A stretch of 63,875 bases of DNA, filler included, from Octopus bimaculoides (lineage: Eukaryota), in assembly GCF_001194135.2 (NCBI RefSeq). It is 7 parts of 7 records of this genome, joined end to end, with 100 filler letters (N's around TTAATTAATTAA, not from the genome) between each part and the next. Parts side by side here need not be neighbours in the genome. Positions count along the whole stretch, not along the records: positions 59,704 to 62,618 come from NC_068982.1; positions 62,719 to 63,875 come from NW_026339638.1; 5 more parts are not named here. One strand, 5' to 3'. The notes under the pieces are model-generated. The model ran no database searches. It was not told where the DNA came from and saw only the letters and a program-made list of their open reading frames with translations. Position numbers and translations under genes: made by a program. Of this stretch, positions 59,704-63,875 are shown one piece after another (position 1 is the stretch's first letter; each line of letters starts with the position of its first letter).

Positions 59704-62618
59704 AGTCCCAAGTTCAGCGTTAGGGACTGTTCACCGTAGGTTTGGATCGGCGAGTGATTGACTGCCTGAAGACAGACTGGTGTCTCCGTTCGTTTTCCTG
59801 AAATGCTGGAAACAGGTCTGTCAGGGCCTGTATCAGTGAAGCCCGCTGAGTGACCAATGGCTGGGTCCACATAACAAAATAGTAAATTGTAGTATTTTAA
59901 GGGCCTCTGAAAAAATTTTTGCTTTAGATGTATGGTATATACTGTAAGAAACAGCCAGGTTTCTTTGTCTAACGTCTTCAACCTACACAAGTTAATGTGT
60001 TAAAAACTGATTTTGAAAACAGTTTCTTTAAAACTAGTTTTCAAACATCAAATGGCTATGGGGGTTCACCAGTATAAAATAGTAATATCAAAAGGGGTCC
60101 ATGAATAAAAAATGGTTGAAAATCCCTCTCCTAATGGCTTTTATTTAGTTATCTACTTTGTAGAATGAATAAGTCCTTCATAAAAAGTTTTAAAAAGTAA
60201 TATGAAACAATATTGTAAGTGACAAAATTTATTTCTCTTCCAATGAACAAAATACCTGGTATTTTTACATTTGAGGTGAACATAATTATAGTTAGAATCA
60301 TTAACTAAAAGTAAATTATTTGACTTTTAGTTAATGACTCTAACTATATGTTCACTGCAACTAAGGGTACCTAGACACATTGCTAGAAATAGGAGTAAAA
60401 TATTTCTTGTACTGTAGGAAGAGTGCAAATGTATACACATATGCTGAATTGAGAATCTCTCAGACTAAATGTTTAGTTTCGCATTTTTCCATACACTTCA
60501 TCAGTGAAAGCCATCTGATTGGCTGGTGTTGGCTAATTCTGCTTGTCAGCATATATGTATTTACCATAGAAATTTATGGATGATTTAGTGGAATGCTAAT
60601 GTATATACAAAAAATTAATATAAACAGCTGGGCACAATATAATACCATAAAGGAAAATTCAATTGTCACTAAATGAGGTTAAAGGTGCCTAGACACCCAC
60701 GTTGCTAATCTCAAAACATGATGTAACTGATACAATTTATAACACATTAAACAAAACAAATAAGTTTTCCTAAGATGCAAGTGTCTGTTTCCGAATTAGG
60801 CTCCTATAAATCTTATGGTGGTATTGGTGGTGGATGGATGAAAGGATGTTGTAATAATGATAGTGAAATTTGATAAAAGAAAATGATAGAGTACTATCTT
60901 TATAATTAAGATTGTGAAAGAAAGTTTATAATTAGGTATTATCAGTTAGTTGTTTCTTCTATGACAAACATTCTATGCCAACATGGAAAGGAAAAATGAA
61001 AACATTGAAATGTTGGAAGTACTTATTAGAGGCAAAGATATACTGAAGTAGCTACTATCAGGACTTGTATCTTGGAATCCAAACCAGTTCTTTACACTTA
61101 GCGTGCCAGAGGCTAACTTCTACTCTATAGTCCTTGGTAAATGCTGAATTTCAATGCCAGAGTGTTTTGTAACTTTTTGAGAAGGGGAAAATAGATAAAA
61201 CTGAAAGAATTAAAAAATTTAGATTCCAAAAGCTACCTTTGAATTTATTGATATAAAAACTAGAAATAAAAGAAGACTAAATGAAAACTTCAGAACAAAA
61301 GTGCTTATTATTGACCATTTAGTGATACCATGTGATCTTATATTGCATGATATTAATGAGTTGAATTGATGCCATCACATCACTAAATTTAATATTTCCA
61401 GCATTTAAGGTGGTGAGCTGTCAGAATTGTTATTGTGAAAGGGCAAAATGCTTAGCAGCATTTCGCCCGTCGCTATGTTCTGAGTTCAAATTCCACAGAG
61501 GCTGACTTTGCCTTTCATCCCTCCAGAGTCAATAAAATAAGTATCTGTTGCACTCTGTAGCATGGCTGTTCGCACACAAGTATCATATGATCTACCTTTC
61601 ACTCTGAGGGTGAAGCCCTTTGTGACCAACAAAGGTAGAAATTCTCTGAACTTTGGGCATGGTATTTCGTATACTAGTTTAAGGGAGCAGAAACTAATAG
61701 AAGAAAGGAATCAGAAAACAATGTATTTGTGATGTAGGGGGCAACATCATCATAATTGTCGTGATTTTGACATCCATCTTTTCCTGCTTGCTTAGGTCAG
61801 ACAATTCATTGTGGCAGATTTTCAATTCTTGGATAGCCTTCCTATCACCAACTCTCACCTGTTTCCAGGAAAGTTAATATTTTATCTTGGCCAGATATTT
61901 TCACTGCAAACTGGAACTGAATAACACCACTTGCAAGGCAGTGACACTCATTTACAACTATAGTGCAATGCCAAAAAAAAGAGACACAAACATACGTAAT
62001 AGTCGACTCGGCAGAATTTCAACTCAGAACATAAAGATGGACAAAATGTTGCAGAGCATTTTGCCTAGCATGCTAACAATTCTTCCAGCTTGCTGCTCTA
62101 GCTTAAATACAAATATTAACTAGAAGGGTAGCTGGTATTGTCTAGAAAATACTCAATACTGTCTAAAAAAAAATATTCAATTGTTGGCTAAGCAGCTGAA
62201 TTTGAAACATAGAATTCTGCTTAAATTTGTTATTTGAAATTGTTATTTATAATAAAGAGAGATTTTTCATATTTTACCATTTAAAATATCACATGCATTT
62301 GAATAACTCACAATCAAAATGACACCAAGGTATTCCAGGTGTGACAATTTAATCAATATACAGGCTTCATACGATCTACCCTTCACTCTGTTTTTTACAT
62401 ACATACATGTATATATATATATATATATATGTTAATTCTCTAAATGAAGTATTAACAGTAACTGCACGATAAAGTGTAGTATATTGCCACTTAAGTGTGG
62501 CTGACCCCTAGGGGTGGATGTTACTGTTGCTTTTAGCCCCAGGAGGACATCTCCTCCAGCTGGCTTATCGACACACGACTGTGTCCTGTTTGCCAAGGGA
62601 AGTTATCCCTCTCACCTC

Positions 62619-62718
62619 NNNNNNNNNNNNNNNNNNNNNNNNNNNNNNNNNNNNNNNNNNNNTTAATTAATTAANNNNNNNNNNNNNNNNNNNNNNNNNN
62701 NNNNNNNNNNNNNNNNNN
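62619..62718. other. Artificial scaffold join
   Basis: 44 N + TTAATTAATTAA (62663-62674) + 44 N. Confidence 0.9.
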
Positions 62719-63200
62719 AAAAGGCAGACTGTATGACGCATGTGTACGAACAGCCATGCTACATGGCAGTGAAACATGGGCTGTAACTGCTGAGGACATG
62801 TGTAAGCTCGCAAGGAATGAAGCCAGTATGCTCCGCTGGATGTGTAATGTCAGTGTGCATACCCGTCAGGGTGTAAGTATCTTGAGAGAAAAGTTGAACA
62901 TTAGAAGCATCAGTTGTGGTGTGCAAGAGAGACAATTGCACTGGTATGGACATGTGGTGAGAATGGACGAGGATAGCTGCGTGAAAAAGTGCCACACCCT
63001 AACAGTTGAGGGAACCTGTGGAAGAGGTAGGCCCAGGAAGACCGGGGCTGAGGTGGTGAAGCAAGACCTTCAAACATTGGGCCTCACCGAGGCAATGACT
63101 TCTGACTGAGACATCTGGAAATATGCTGTGTGTGAGAAGACCCGGCAAGTCAAGTGAGACCTAAATCTAAGGCCTCAGCCAGTTCACTTATGCGTACCAT
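62719..63200 (+). mobile_element. RTE LINE ORF C-terminal fragment with premature stop
   Basis: KGRLYDACVRTAMLHGSETW...LHWYGHVVRMDED...GRGRPRKT. An in-frame TGA at 63107-63109 replaces the R of DRDLW. Confidence 0.9.
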
Positions 63201-63875
63201 ATATATATGGTGAAGGCACATGGCTTACTGGTTAGGGTGTTGAGCTTACAATCACACGGTCAGCAATTCGATCCTTAATGGTACGTTGTATCCTTGAGCA
63301 AGACACTCTATTTTGCATTGCCTCAGTCCACTCAGCCGGCAAAAAGGAGTCATACTTGTATTTCAAAGGACCGATCCTGTCCCATTCTGTGTGATACTGA
63401 ATTCTCCTGAGAACTATGTTAAGGGTGCAGGTGTGTGTAGGGCACTGATCCAGTTGAAGGAGGTTGTTCCATCGATCAGATCAACTGGAACACTTGTTGT
63501 TGTAAACAAAGGAGTGCTCATTTATATACGTATGTGTATATATGCCTGTGGGCTCCATGGAAATGTTGTTTTAGTTTAGCCCCAGGCTAAGCCAGCCTGA
63601 GCAGAGCTTTAGTCATAAGGGTTCCATCTTTGACCCCCCCCCCACCATTTCTTTTTCTACCAACAAGCCCATGATGCTATGTGTTCTTCGTTTCATCATG
63701 TGACAGGGGAAATTTGACTGCTATTTTTAGCAAGTAAAAAGAACTCACATCAGGTCAGAGCTTCCTCAGCTTTTAAGACTTGGTTTTGTGTGTGTGTGTG
63801 TTTGTGTGTGCCTGGGTGCATGTGTTTTTGTGTGTGTTTTTGCATTTCTGGCTGCTTGGGTAGGTGTGTGTGTGT

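Noticed and set aside
59704-59870. Minus-strand ORF ending SLTLNLG at a join, possibly the start of an RTE endonuclease
   Set aside because: The diagnostic TWNV motif would fall in the gap, so it cannot be confirmed.
62470-62618. Possible HDV-like ribozyme at a putative RTE 5' end
   Set aside because: I could not assemble a consistent P1-P2-P3-P4 nested double pseudoknot by eye.

Overview
AT-rich, microsatellite- and retroelement-dense animal DNA with many N-gaps. It is probably from an octopod cephalopod, which I infer from the repeat landscape and have not verified. Six artificial 100-bp joins (44 N + TTAATTAATTAA + 44 N) cut the window into seven blocks whose true adjacency is not sequenced. 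Two host-type genes are supported. (1) The 5' part of a minus-strand Jade/PHF15-17 (rhinoceros)-like gene: four exons with canonical splice sites, a tentative first exon, one exon missing, and the PHD exons not visible. (2) A compact, intronless, TATA-preceded minus-strand ORF (4475-5090) with a ParB/sulfiredoxin-like domain and an acidic 20-aa tandem-repeat tail; this is the most unusual element here. The rest is mobile DNA: a near full-length decayed R4/Dong LINE plus two fragments, all abutting (TAA)n; a ~510-600-bp element found three times at (TAA)n; RTE LINE 3' fragments; tRNA-derived SINEs; Merlin-like MITEs with TTAGGG-like cores and 8-9-bp TSDs; degenerate minimal hammerhead motifs; and minisatellites. 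Most ORFs in the supplied track are N-gap or microsatellite artefacts. All family calls come from motif recognition by eye. No database search was run.
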